The notes beneath the pieces are model-generated. The model made no database searches. It saw nothing but the letters and a program-made list of their open reading frames with translations, and was not told the DNA's origin. Both the position numbers and the translations under genes were made by a program. A DNA stretch of 64,000 bases from Candidatus Caccoplasma sp. (GTDB taxonomy: Bacteria > Bacteroidota > Bacteroidia > Bacteroidales > G3-4614), in contig JAZLBW010000039.1 in the NCBI GenBank assembly GCA_045613905.1, positions 20,666 to 84,665 of the forward strand, read 5' to 3'. Shown piece after piece: positions 27,369 through 37,112 of this stretch (positions are counted from its first letter, which is position 1; every line of letters begins with the position of its first letter).

Positions 27369-27974
27369 ATGCAAAATCACCCCTCACATATTGCGGTAAT
27401 TCACCAAAATTCGCTTTGCTCACTTGCTATGCGCACTATCTTAAATGATATTATGCCTTTTATGGGGGCTATGGGTTGTGTTGAGATTGTTTCATTTAAC
27501 AATATTGAGGAGATAACCGAAAAATACCGAAACAAAACATTCCTATACTTTGTTTCGAGCCAAATTGTAACGGACAATATAGAGTTTTTTACCCCACTTG
27601 CAAGAAGATGTATTGTTTTAACCGAGGGAGAAGAAGCTACTCTTAATGGTTTTAAGCAGATTAATCTTTTACGCCCCGAACGCGAAGTGATTAAAGATTT
27701 GCTTATGATTCAAAACCATGCCCACACTGCTAAACACTTAAACACTAATAGCGACAAAACTAAAAGCGAAGAACTTTCACAAAGAGAGAAAGAGGTTCTT
27801 GAACTTATTGTCAAAGGCTTTATCAACAAAGAGATTGCAGATAAACTAAACATCTCAACCTCCACCGTTATTTTCCACCGAAAAAACATCTGTGAAAGAA
27901 TCGGCTCAAAATCGATTGGTCGCCTCACTATTTATGCCGTTATGAACGGCATTGTTGATTTGAGGGAGATTTAA
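27369..27974 (+). CDS. LuxR/FixJ-type HTH transcriptional regulator with an atypical receiver-like N-domain
   Basis: 201 aa. C-terminal LuxR HTH (LSQREKEVLELIVKGFINKEIADKLNISTSTVIFHRKNI). The N-terminal ~130 aa are receiver-sized, but I cannot find the usual acidic pocket or phospho-Asp context. Confidence 0.8.
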   Translation: MQNHPSHIAVIHQNSLCSLAMRTILNDIMPFMGAMGCVEIVSFNNIEEITEKYRNKTFLYFVSSQIVTDNIEFFTPLARRCIVLTEGEEATLNGFKQINLLRPEREVIKDLLMIQNHAHTAKHLNTNSDKTKSEELSQREKEVLELIVKGFINKEIADKLNISTSTVIFHRKNICERIGSKSIGRLTIYAVMNGIVDLREI

Positions 27975-27987
27975 GACACTTTGTGCC

Positions 27988-28097
27988 AATTAGAAATTAG
28001 GAATTTTGCGAATGAGCGAATGCAAGTTCAAATAAATTTGAACTATGCTGAGCGAGAGCAAAATCAACAAGCGTAAGTTTGTTAATTAGGAATTTTG
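27988..28097. repeat. Intergenic modular repeat, copy C (AATTAGR units flanking a ~70-nt long hairpin)
   Basis: aattagaaattaggaattttgcgaatgagcgaa...AGTTCAAAtaaaTTTGAACT...gagcgagagcaaaatcaacaagcgtaagtttgttaattaggaattttgc. The flanks are near-identical to the reverse complement of 55861-55958. Confidence 0.7.
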
Positions 28098-28156
28098 CTC
28101 GTTTATTTGTATCTTTACACCCAATTTATAAACCTTATAATATAACGGACCATAGA

Positions 28157-28714
28157 ATGGCACAATTTGATGAAGATAAAATCACCGAAGAGTTAAGACA
28201 CCCCGATACTTGCAGAGATGCATTTTCGGAGGTGGTTAAGCATTATGGTCGTCCGTTATATTGGCAAATAAGGAGAATGGTGTCGTCGCACGATGATGCT
28301 GATGACCTTTTACAAAATACTTTTCTTAAGGCGTGGGATAATATCGATTTGTTCCGAGGTGAGGCGAAACTATCTACTTGGCTTTATCGTATTGCTGTTA
28401 ATGAGAGTATAAACTTTTTGAATAAGCAACGTAAAATTCAAAATATTTCGTTAGACGGAGAGAACGACTATATGCTAACCTCGCTTGAAAGTGATGAGTA
28501 TTTTGATGGAGATGAAATTCAAAAGTATCTGCAAGAGGCTATTATGACTCTCCCAGAGAAACAGAGATTGGTTTTCAATATGAAATATTTTGACGAGATG
28601 AAGTATGAAGACATCTCTGATATTTTAGGTACTTCGGTGGGTGCTTTGAAAGCTACTTACCACCACGCGGTAAAGAAAATCGAAAATTTCTTAAAAACTA
28701 AGAATGTTGATTAA
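28157..28714 (+). CDS. ECF-type RNA polymerase sigma-70 family factor
   Basis: Region 2 (DADDLLQNTFLKAWDNIDLFRGEAKLSTWLYRIAVNESIN) and region 4 (LPEKQRLVFNMKYFDEMKYEDISDILGTSVGALKATYHHAVKK). The ORF-track TTG start (28079) lies inside repeat copy C, so the ATG at 28157 is preferred. Confidence 0.9.
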   Translation: MAQFDEDKITEELRHPDTCRDAFSEVVKHYGRPLYWQIRRMVSSHDDADDLLQNTFLKAWDNIDLFRGEAKLSTWLYRIAVNESINFLNKQRKIQNISLDGENDYMLTSLESDEYFDGDEIQKYLQEAIMTLPEKQRLVFNMKYFDEMKYEDISDILGTSVGALKATYHHAVKKIENFLKTKNVD

Positions 28715-28756
28715 ACCATTCTCTACTTTATCAGTCAAAGGGTAAAAACAAGGATT

Positions 28757-29113
28757 ATGAAAAAAGGAATATTGGATGAAATTAACAGAAAAAGCGGAAT
28801 GAAAGTTCCTGATGGATACTTTGATTCATTGCATGACAGAGTGATGCAAAATCTCCCTCAAAAAGAGATTATTGTGGAAAGCCCTGCGCCAATTTCATTC
28901 TGGACAATGGCTAAGCCTTGGGTTTACATGGCAGCCATGTTTGCAGGTATTGCTCTTATGTTCAAAGTTTTTACTTGGACAAATGGAGATATATCTAATT
29001 CACAAATGAATGCAAAGGCAAAAGATAGTGATACCGAAATTGTGGAGGATTTTATTTTCCTTAATAATGTATCGGACTACACTATTTATGAGTTTATTGC
29101 TGAGGTTGATTAA
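28757..29113 (+). CDS. Single-pass membrane protein, probable anti-sigma factor
   Basis: 118 aa with one central TM segment (PWVYMAAMFAGIALMFKVF). Immediately downstream of the ECF sigma gene. The assignment rests on position only. Confidence 0.45.
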   Translation: MKKGILDEINRKSGMKVPDGYFDSLHDRVMQNLPQKEIIVESPAPISFWTMAKPWVYMAAMFAGIALMFKVFTWTNGDISNSQMNAKAKDSDTEIVEDFIFLNNVSDYTIYEFIAEVD

Positions 29114-29136
29114 GTAGATAATTAAAATATAGTATT

Positions 29137-29598
29137 ATGAGATATTTTTTACTAATATCGTTCTTTGCTTTGATTCCTTTTATGGGTATTAATGCTCAAG
29201 GATGCCCAAATGCAAACAAACATGACAAACGCTCTGAATTGATAGCTAAATACATGGAGGAGAAAAAAGAGTACCTCAAACAATGTATTCCTTTAAACGA
29301 CAGTGAGGCTGAGAAATTCTTTGCGGTATATGATGAGTTGGAGAGAAAAAAATTTGAGATTATGGCTTCAGTTCACAAAGAGGCTCGGAAAATAAGAAAA
29401 TCGGTTGAGGAGGTTAGCGACGAAACTTATTCTGCAGTTGCCGATAAAATGGCTGAACTGCCTGCTAAAATAGCCGCTGTTGAGAGTGAGTATTTTGCAA
29501 AATTAAAACAAATTCTATCTCCCAAACAGATGTTTATGTTTTTCAACTGCGAAAATAGTTTCGGGAAATCGATGCTAAAAAAAAATCAAAATAGATAA
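29137..29598 (+). CDS. Secreted helical protein (Spy/CpxP-like LTxxQ-type candidate)
   Basis: 153 aa. Signal peptide (FLLISFFALIPFMGINAQ), charged helical body and an LSPKQ motif. Third gene of the sigma module. Confidence 0.4.
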   Translation: MRYFLLISFFALIPFMGINAQGCPNANKHDKRSELIAKYMEEKKEYLKQCIPLNDSEAEKFFAVYDELERKKFEIMASVHKEARKIRKSVEEVSDETYSAVADKMAELPAKIAAVESEYFAKLKQILSPKQMFMFFNCENSFGKSMLKKNQNR

Positions 29599-29619
29599 TT
29601 CAATATTTAATTTAACACT

Positions 29620-30123
29620 ATGAAAATTCTAAACACTCTTGCAATTGTTATGATTGCAGCATTTTTAATGGTTGGCTGTAAAGCTAAAGAGAGTACATAC
29701 TCTGCTGCTTACCAAATGGCACAACAAAAAGAGTTGGCTGACGAGTCTATCAATACTCCCGAACAAACAACTAAGGCTGCTGTGGTGGAGGAAACTCCCG
29801 CTCCTTCTGCCGTTAAAGTTGAAAGCCCGGCGGTTAAAGTTTCTGTAGAGAAAGTTACAACTGTTGATGCAGGTGATGCCGGTAAACTTAAAAAATTCAA
29901 TGTTATTGTTGGTACTTTTTCTATCACAACTAACGCAAACGGATTAAAAAACAGCTTGATAAGCGACGGCTACAATGCTTTCACTGTTCAAAATGCCAAA
30001 GGTTGGTACAGAGTTGTTGCTGCCAGCTTTGACACAAGAGAGGCTGCCACATCGTTCAGAGAGGCTATCAAACAACGCTATTCCGGTAAATTCGACGATG
30101 CGTGGTTGTTGGTTAACGAATAA
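29620..30123 (+). CDS. SPOR-domain lipoprotein
   Basis: 167 aa. Lipobox (FLMVGCKA), an Ala/Val/Glu/Pro-rich linker, and a C-terminal SPOR pattern (FNVIVGTFSITTNANGLKNSLISDGYNAFTVQNAKGWYRVVAASFDTREAA). Confidence 0.8.
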   Translation: MKILNTLAIVMIAAFLMVGCKAKESTYSAAYQMAQQKELADESINTPEQTTKAAVVEETPAPSAVKVESPAVKVSVEKVTTVDAGDAGKLKKFNVIVGTFSITTNANGLKNSLISDGYNAFTVQNAKGWYRVVAASFDTREAATSFREAIKQRYSGKFDDAWLLVNE

Positions 30124-30148
30124 CAAAGAGACTAATCCCACAGACAAA

Positions 30149-30177
30149 GTCCGAAACGCAAGTTTTGGACTTTTTTG
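30149..30177 (+). terminator. Rho-independent terminator after the SPOR gene
   Basis: GTCCGAAACgcaaGTTTTGGAC (one G-U pair) followed by TTTTTTG. Confidence 0.7.
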
Positions 30178-30243
30178 TTTAGAGATACATAAATCGCCAA
30201 TTTATCAGACATAGATATGTTTAGCTTATTATATATTTTTTAT

Positions 30244-30251
30244 TACCTTTG
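30244..30251 (+). promoter_or_regulatory. Candidate -7 box (TACCTTTG) for proA-argF'
   Basis: A TAnnTTTG match 25 nt upstream of the proA ATG. Confidence 0.45.
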
Positions 30252-30275
30252 TGTTCATATATAATATAGATAAAG

Positions 30276-31550
30276 ATGATACTTAAAGAGACTTTTGAAA
30301 ATGCTCGTAAAGCGGCCAATGCCTTGAACATGCTTGAAGAGAAGACCATTAACGAGGTATTGATGGCTTTGGCTGAGCAAACCGAGGAGGATTGCCAATA
30401 TATATTGAAGGAGAACAAACGCGACCTCGATGCAATGGATAAAGCAGACCCTAAATACGACAGGTTGATGCTTACCGAAAAACGTATTTTTGATATTGCT
30501 TCGGATATCCGCAAAGTTGCATATCTTCCCTCTCCTCTTGGTAAAATTTTATGGGAAGATGTTCGCCCAAATGGAATGAAAATAAGCAAAGTATCGGTTC
30601 CTTTTGGCGTTATTGGAATTATTTACGAGGCTCGTCCCAATGTTACATTCGATGTTTTCTCTCTTTGCTTTAAGGCCGGTAGCGCATGTATTCTTAAAGG
30701 CGGCAAAGAGGCCCAATACTCAAATGCTGCTGTCATAAAAGTTATCAACAAGGTGTTGACAAAGTTTGGAATTAACTCTGACTCAGCAACTTTACTTAGC
30801 AACGAAAGGGAGATTTCAACAGAGTTATTAACAGCTGTTGGTTATGTTGACTTGATAATTCCTCGTGGTAGCAAAAACTTGATAAACTATGTGAGAGACA
30901 ATGCAAAAGTACCTGTTATTGAGACAGGTGCAGGTATTTGTCACGCATATTTCCATACAGAAGGTGATATTGCCAAAGGCAAAGAGATTATCTTCAACGC
31001 AAAAACTCGCAGAGTTTCGGTTTGCAATGCTATTGACTCTGTTATTGTTGACAAAAACAGATTGTGCGATTTAGCTGAATTGTTTGCTCCTTTGAAAGAT
31101 AAAAACGTTATTGTTTATGCCGATGAACTTGCTTATTCGGCTCTTAAAGAAAATTATCCTGAGGAGCTGTTGAGAGTTGCAGACGACAACTCTTGGGGTA
31201 CTGAGTTTTTGGATTACAAGTTATCGGTAAAATGTGTTGAGAACTATACTGAGGCGGTTGAGCATATTGCCAAATACTCTTCAAAACATAGCGAGGCCAT
31301 TATTACTGAAAACTGCGAGGTTGCTGAACGCTTCAGCAAAGAGGTTGATGCGGCATGCGTTTATTGCAATGTTTCTACTGCGTTTACCGATGGTGGTCAG
31401 TTTGGCTTTGGTGCGGAGATTGGTATCAGCACTCAAAAACTTCATGCCCGTGGCCCCATGGCTTTGAACGAGATTACAAGTTACAAATATATTATAAGAG
31501 GTGATGGACAGACTCGCGTTGATGGTGCGCCTCAAAAATGTTGTATATAA
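30276..31550 (+). CDS. proA: Glutamate-5-semialdehyde dehydrogenase (gamma-glutamyl phosphate reductase)
   Basis: 424 aa, ProA family throughout ([16 protein letters not shown], catalytic Cys context [26 protein letters not shown]). Confidence 0.92.
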   Translation: MILKETFENARKAANALNMLEEKTINEVLMALAEQTEEDCQYILKENKRDLDAMDKADPKYDRLMLTEKRIFDIASDIRKVAYLPSPLGKILWEDVRPNGMKISKVSVPFGVIGIIYEARPNVTFDVFSLCFKAGSACILKGGKEAQYSNAAVIKVINKVLTKFGINSDSATLLSNEREISTELLTAVGYVDLIIPRGSKNLINYVRDNAKVPVIETGAGICHAYFHTEGDIAKGKEIIFNAKTRRVSVCNAIDSVIVDKNRLCDLAELFAPLKDKNVIVYADELAYSALKENYPEELLRVADDNSWGTEFLDYKLSVKCVENYTEAVEHIAKYSSKHSEAIITENCEVAERFSKEVDAACVYCNVSTAFTDGGQFGFGAEIGISTQKLHARGPMALNEITSYKYIIRGDGQTRVDGAPQKCCI

Positions 31551-31562
31551 AAATTTAATGAT

Positions 31563-32519
31563 ATGAGACACTTTACCAATGTTAAAGATTTAGGTAATTT
31601 AAAAGAGGCTCTTAAAGAGGCCTTTGAGGTTAAAGCTAACCGTTTTGGTTATAAAGAGTTGGGTAAGGACAAGACTCTTATAATGATATTTTTCAATTCG
31701 AGCTTAAGAACCAGATTGAGTACTCAAAAAGCGGCTATGAATTTGGGTATGAATGTTATGGTTTTGGATATTAACCAAGGTGCTTGGAAATTGGAAACTG
31801 AACGTGGCGTTATTATGAACGGAGATAAAAGCGAACACCTTTTGGAGGCTATCCCCGTTATTGGTTGCTACTGCGACGTTATTGGAGTACGCTCTTTTGC
31901 TAAATTCGAGAATAAAGAGGATGATTACGAGGAGAAGATTATCTCTCAATTCATTAAATATTCCGGTCGCCCCGTGTTCAGCATGGAGGCTGCTACAAGA
32001 CACCCCCTACAAAGTTTTGCAGACCTTATCACAATTGAAGAGTATAAAAAAACCGAGCGTCCTAAAGTTGTTTTGACTTGGGCTCCTCACCCAAAAGCTC
32101 TTCCTCAAGCTGTTGCAAACTCTTTTGCAGAGTGGATGAACGAAACTGATTATGAGTTTGTGATTACTCACCCTAAAGGATATGAACTTGATCCTAAATT
32201 CGTGGGTAAAGCCAAAGTTGAGTATGACCAACGCAAGGCTTTTGAGGGCGCAGACTTCATATATGCTAAAAACTGGTCGGCATACGAAGACCCCAATTAT
32301 GGCCAAATTCTAAATCAAGACCCCGATTGGACTGTTGATGCAGAGAAAATGGCATTAACAAACAATGCATACTTTATGCACTGCCTGCCTGTTAGACGCA
32401 ACATGATTGTTACTGACGATGTTATTGAGTCGCCTCAATCTATTGTTATTCCCGAAGCAGCTAACCGCGAAATTTCGGCACAAGTTGTTTTGAAGAAAAT
32501 TCTGGAAGGACTTAAATAA
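31563..32519 (+). CDS. argF': N-acyl-L-ornithine carbamoyltransferase (ArgF'-type; succinyl- versus acetyl-ornithine specificity not resolvable by eye)
   Basis: 318 aa. Carbamoyl-phosphate motif SLRTR and the HCLP motif (FMHCLPVRRN). The N-terminus resembles the Bacteroides ArgF' type rather than classical OTCase. Confidence 0.8.
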   Translation: MRHFTNVKDLGNLKEALKEAFEVKANRFGYKELGKDKTLIMIFFNSSLRTRLSTQKAAMNLGMNVMVLDINQGAWKLETERGVIMNGDKSEHLLEAIPVIGCYCDVIGVRSFAKFENKEDDYEEKIISQFIKYSGRPVFSMEAATRHPLQSFADLITIEEYKKTERPKVVLTWAPHPKALPQAVANSFAEWMNETDYEFVITHPKGYELDPKFVGKAKVEYDQRKAFEGADFIYAKNWSAYEDPNYGQILNQDPDWTVDAEKMALTNNAYFMHCLPVRRNMIVTDDVIESPQSIVIPEAANREISAQVVLKKILEGLK

Positions 32520-32529
32520 TGCAAAGACA

Positions 32530-32570
32530 AAAAATAAGGTTTGACTTTTGTGAGGTCAAACCTTATTTTT
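32530..32570. terminator. Bidirectional rho-independent terminator between argF' and trxA
   Basis: aaaaataAGGTTTGACttttgtgagGTCAAACCTtattttt: a 10-bp stem between convergent genes. Confidence 0.75.
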
Positions 32571-32584
32571 ACTATGCTTAAGGA

Positions 32585-32899
32585 TTATAGATTTGCATCT
32601 AATTTCTCTTTTATATCGGCTTTTGTCATTGAGCCAACCAATTTATCTACCAATTGTCCACCTTTAAAGAACAATAGTGTTGGAATGCTACGAACGCTAT
32701 AGTTCTCGCTCAAATCGTAGTTGTCATCAACGTTACATTTTCCGATTATAGCTTTTCCCTCATACTCGGCAGCCAATTCCTCAACTATAGGTGCTATACT
32801 TTTGCAGGGTCCACACCACTCTGCCCATAAATCTACTACTACCAATTTATCGCTTGATAGTAACTCTTGGTAGTTACCATCGGTAACCTCTAATGCCAT
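32585..32899 (-). CDS. trxA: Thioredoxin
   Basis: 104 aa with the WCGPC active site. Confidence 0.95.
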   Translation of the reverse strand: MALEVTDGNYQELLSSDKLVVVDLWAEWCGPCKSIAPIVEELAAEYEGKAIIGKCNVDDNYDLSENYSVRSIPTLLFFKGGQLVDKLVGSMTKADIKEKLDANL

Positions 32900-33053
32900 A
32901 ATTGTTTTTTATTTATTTCTCCGAAGACTACTTTCACGAATGAGAGCCCCTTCGGAATGAAGCCTCAAACGCATACATTGTTTTGTGTTTACAAATTTAT
33001 ATATATATTTTTATTCTACAACTAATTATTAAGTTAAGTTTTCAACATAATAA

Positions 33054-36000
33054 TTAATCTGAAATAAACTCATCTTCCAATACCTCCTCTTGAGTCTCTA
33101 CTCCTCGCTCTATAACTCGACCATTTACCTTAACGGTTATTCCATCGATTGCTTCAAGTACCGATACTAATTCTCTCTCAATCTTAACCTTTTTAGAACG
33201 CGAATACAGCGGCACATTATAGTTTTGACTCTTATCAACTATCTCAAATCGCAACTCTCCTGTCCCGCCCACATATTTATTTACAATCTCATTTACTGCC
33301 GTGGTTTTTGAGGAATCGAAATTTTGAGAATCCACAACTATGGTTATGTCCTTTATGTTGTTAACCATAGCTTCATCCATTAATGAGATTCTTGATATTC
33401 TCAACTGTGCTCTATTGTTGTATTTGGCAATCTCGACCTTTCCTTGCACCAATAGATACAATCCCTCTTTTCCGTAGGCTCCATAGTTTATGAAATCTTT
33501 TGAGAAAAGTGGTATCTCTGCCGTTCCTGAATAGTCCTCAATGGTAATTATTCCAAATGGCGAGCCTTTCTTGGTCAATCCCTCGCGATATGAGGTTACG
33601 ATTCCGCCTATCGTTATGTCGCTGTTTACATACTTCTCTAAATCGGAACTGAAGTTCTTCAGCGATAGGTTGCAGACATAATCGAGTAACAGAGAATATG
33701 ACTCCAATGGGTGTGATGACAGATAGACTCCTACCAAATCACGCTCTCGGTTCAATCGTTCCAAATCGCTCCAACGTTCGGCTTTTGGAACATCCGGCGT
33801 GGGGATTTCAACCATATCTGCTCCAAACAGAGAGTTTTGTTGTTTCGACTTGTCTATCTGATAACTTACTCCATATCGCATAAACAAATCGAGGAACATC
33901 TCTCCTTTAGTATTTGTCGCAAAGAACTGTTCGCGTGTTGCCTCCTTAAAGTTATCGAATGCTCCTGCCAAAATAAGGTTCTCCACATTTTTTCTGTTAC
34001 ATGCATTGAGGTTAACCCTTTGAGCAAAATCGAATAATGAGGTATAGAGTCCGTTTTTCTCGCGCTCCTCAATTATTGCTCGTGCGGCATTCTCTCCCAC
34101 TCCTTTTACAGCTCCCAAACCAAAGCGGATATTGCCCTCTTTGTTTACGGTGAATTTTAGGTTACTTTCGTTTACATCAGGCTCAAGTACCTTTATTCCC
34201 ATAGCCTTACACTCATCCATGAATTTGGTAATCTCGGTTATATCCGAAATATTTCGGCTCAATACTGCCGCCATATATTCCGAAGGATAGTGTGCTTTGA
34301 GATATGCTGTTTGGTATGCTACCCATGAGTAGCATGTGGCGTGAGATTTATTGAATGCATATGATGCGAACTTCTCCCAATCTCCCCAAATCTTTTCCAA
34401 TACTTTTGGATCGTGTCCATTCTTCTTTCCTCCCTCAATGAATTTGGGTTTTAGCTCGTCCAGTTTTGAACGTATCTTTTTACCCATTGCCTTACGAAGT
34501 GCATCACTCATTCCACGAGTGAAGTTTCCTAACAGACGCGACAAAAGCATGACCTGCTCTTGATAAACGGTAATTCCGTATGTATCCTTCAAGTACTGCT
34601 CCATTATGGGTATATCGTACTCAATGGGTTCTATTCCATGTTTACGCTTGATAAACTGAGGTATATACTCCATTGGTCCCGGACGATACAAGGCGTTCAT
34701 CGCAATTAAGTCCTCAAAAGTTGTGGGCTTTAGATTACGCAAGTGGCTCTGCATTCCCGGCGACTCAAATTGGAATGTTCCAATTGTTCTTCCGGCACTA
34801 TAGAGGTCGTATGTCAACTTATCGTCAATTGGGATGTTATCTATATCAATGTCTATCCCCTTTGAGAGTTTTACGTTTCTTATCGCCTCTTTTATGATAG
34901 ACAGGGTCTTCAGACCCAAGAAGTCCATTTTGATAAGTCCTGTATCCTCAATTACCGAACCTTCATATTGTGTTACAAGAAGTTTCTCTTTGGTCTCTTT
35001 ATCGTCGGCAGTACTTACAGGCACCCAATCGGTTATATCATCCCTGCAAATAATAATTCCACATGCGTGAACTCCCGTTCCTCGGACATTTCCCTCCAAC
35101 ATCTCGGCATAGAGCATGGTTTCGCGAGTAAGGTCGTCGCCATTCTCTGCTGCATCCTTAAGTTCGGGAACATATTTTACACAGTTCTTTATGTTTATTT
35201 TTGGCTCTTTACCATCAACTTCGGGCAAATGGGCAGGAATAAGTTTTGCCAAACGGTCGGCATCACTCAAAGGCAACCTCTCAACACGCGCAACATCTCG
35301 AATTGCCATTTTTGCAGCCATTGTTCCGTAGGTAATGATATGTGCAACTTTATTTGCTCCATACTTATCGGTTACCCAACTTAGCACCTCGCCTCGTCCG
35401 TCATCATCAAAGTCGATATCAATATCAGGCAACGATATACGGTCGGGGTTCAAGAAACGCTCAAACAGCAAATCGTATTTAATAGGGTCTATTTGGGTAA
35501 TTCCCAAACAATATGCTACCATTGAGCCTGCCGCAGACCCACGTCCCGGACCTACCGATACTCCCATATTTCTTGCCGCTGCAATGAAATCTTGTACAAT
35601 CAAGAAATATCCAGGAAATCCCATGGTCTTCATGATATACAACTCAAAGTTCATACGTTCCTGCAACTCCTCTGTAAGTTCGCCATATCGTTTTGCTGCT
35701 CCATCGTATGCCAACTTCGACAAGTAATCTGCCTCGAGCTTTATTCGGTAGAGTTTATCGTATCCGCCCAAACGTTTTATTTTTGCTTCGGCATCCTCTT
35801 GCGATAGAACTACATTTCCGTTCTCATCACGAGTAAACTCTTCGAATATATCTTGATTTGAGTATTTCTCTCTGTAGCTTTCCTCCGTTCCAAATTCCTC
35901 GGGAATATTGAAGGTTGGCATGATTGGAGGGTTATCTATTGAGTAAAACTCGACCTTTTCCAATATCTCATTTGTATTTGCCAATGCTTCAGGGATGTCG

Positions 36001-36923
36001 GCAAATACCTCGTTCATCTCCTCTACTGTCTTAAACCACTCTTGCTTTGAATAGAGCATTCTGGTTTGATCATCGAGGTCTTTACTTGTACTTAAACAGA
36101 TTAAGCGATCGTGCGCCTCAGCATGCTCTTCGTTTACAAAGTGAACGTCATTTGTACATATCAATTTCACATTGTGCTTTCTGGCAAGGGCGACAAGCTC
36201 TTCGTTTACCTTTTTTTGTATCTCATAGGTTTCGTGATTTGCACGAGAAACCGAGGCTTTATGTCGTTGCAACTCAAGATAGTAGTCGTCTCCAAAAACG
36301 CTTTTAAACCATTCTATTGCCTCCTCTGCCTCCTCAATGGAGCCTTGTATTATCTTTCGCGGAACCTCTCCTCCTAAACATGCAGACGAAACAATCAAAC
36401 CTTCACTATGTTTCTTTAAATCTTCCCTATCGGTACGGGGACGCATATAGAAACCTTCTGTCCATGCGTGTGACACCAATTTTATAAGGTTATGGTATCC
36501 TGTTAGATTTTTCGCCAATACAACCAAGTGATAACCACCCTGTTCCTGTTTGGTTTGTTTGCTGAAACGGCTCTCACCTCGAGCAACATACATCTCGCAA
36601 CCAATTATCGGCTTGAAGATTTTTTGTTTCTGAGCCTCAAGTTCGGCTTCTGCTTCAGCTATTTGAGCCTCATCAGCCCCTTCATTTCGCAGTGCATCAA
36701 GTTTCTTAGTCAAATCCTTTATGGCAGACTTTACTCCTGAGTTTTTCTTATTCACATAATTATAAAACTCTTTTATTCCGAACATGTTTCCGTGGTCGGT
36801 TATTGCCATTCCTCGCATATTGTTGCCTATGGCTTTGTCAACCAAGGCAGGGACAGATGCCTGTCCGTCGAGAATAGAATAGTGAGTATGCACATGCAAA
36901 TGCACAAATGGTTGTAGTGACAT
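33054..36923 (-). CDS. dnaE: DNA polymerase III alpha subunit
   Basis: 1289 aa. PHP domain start (FVHLHVHTHYSILDGQ), polymerase core and a C-terminal OB region. Confidence 0.97.
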   Translation of the reverse strand: MSLQPFVHLHVHTHYSILDGQASVPALVDKAIGNNMRGMAITDHGNMFGIKEFYNYVNKKNSGVKSAIKDLTKKLDALRNEGADEAQIAEAEAELEAQKQKIFKPIIGCEMYVARGESRFSKQTKQEQGGYHLVVLAKNLTGYHNLIKLVSHAWTEGFYMRPRTDREDLKKHSEGLIVSSACLGGEVPRKIIQGSIEEAEEAIEWFKSVFGDDYYLELQRHKASVSRANHETYEIQKKVNEELVALARKHNVKLICTNDVHFVNEEHAEAHDRLICLSTSKDLDDQTRMLYSKQEWFKTVEEMNEVFADIPEALANTNEILEKVEFYSIDNPPIMPTFNIPEEFGTEESYREKYSNQDIFEEFTRDENGNVVLSQEDAEAKIKRLGGYDKLYRIKLEADYLSKLAYDGAAKRYGELTEELQERMNFELYIMKTMGFPGYFLIVQDFIAAARNMGVSVGPGRGSAAGSMVAYCLGITQIDPIKYDLLFERFLNPDRISLPDIDIDFDDDGRGEVLSWVTDKYGANKVAHIITYGTMAAKMAIRDVARVERLPLSDADRLAKLIPAHLPEVDGKEPKINIKNCVKYVPELKDAAENGDDLTRETMLYAEMLEGNVRGTGVHACGIIICRDDITDWVPVSTADDKETKEKLLVTQYEGSVIEDTGLIKMDFLGLKTLSIIKEAIRNVKLSKGIDIDIDNIPIDDKLTYDLYSAGRTIGTFQFESPGMQSHLRNLKPTTFEDLIAMNALYRPGPMEYIPQFIKRKHGIEPIEYDIPIMEQYLKDTYGITVYQEQVMLLSRLLGNFTRGMSDALRKAMGKKIRSKLDELKPKFIEGGKKNGHDPKVLEKIWGDWEKFASYAFNKSHATCYSWVAYQTAYLKAHYPSEYMAAVLSRNISDITEITKFMDECKAMGIKVLEPDVNESNLKFTVNKEGNIRFGLGAVKGVGENAARAIIEEREKNGLYTSLFDFAQRVNLNACNRKNVENLILAGAFDNFKEATREQFFATNTKGEMFLDLFMRYGVSYQIDKSKQQNSLFGADMVEIPTPDVPKAERWSDLERLNRERDLVGVYLSSHPLESYSLLLDYVCNLSLKNFSSDLEKYVNSDITIGGIVTSYREGLTKKGSPFGIITIEDYSGTAEIPLFSKDFINYGAYGKEGLYLLVQGKVEIAKYNNRAQLRISRISLMDEAMVNNIKDITIVVDSQNFDSSKTTAVNEIVNKYVGGTGELRFEIVDKSQNYNVPLYSRSKKVKIERELVSVLEAIDGITVKVNGRVIERGVETQEEVLEDEFISD

Positions 36924-36951
36924 ATATAAACGTTGAAGGTTCGTTAGCTTA

Positions 36952-36959
36952 CAAATTTA
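36952..36959 (-). promoter_or_regulatory. Candidate -7 box (TAAATTTG) for dnaE
   Basis: The minus strand reads TAAATTTG 28 nt upstream of the ATG at 36923. Confidence 0.4.
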
Positions 36960-37112
36960 AGAAACAATAATCTTCTTTTACTCCTAAAACAAAAAAAGTT
37001 TTCAACAAATAGAAGGTTTTATTCTTTCCTCAAAGATTTTACCTCCCGGCAAGAGAAAATGTAATATATTATTTATTAATTTCGCGAGAACACTTAGAAC
37101 AGATAAAAGCCC

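Noticed and set aside
30221-30589. A 122-aa minus-strand ORF overlapping the proA promoter and 5' end.
   Set aside because: It overlaps the TACCTTTG -7 box and the start of a clear proA gene. It has no motif and no upstream promoter-like sequence.
32918-32955. A hairpin (TCCGAAG...23 nt...CTTCGGA) between a candidate trxA -7 box (32991-32998) and the trxA start codon.
   Set aside because: The stem is only 7 bp with a large loop and no U-tract. It could be a weak dnaE 3' structure or a leader element, but there is nothing to distinguish it from chance.
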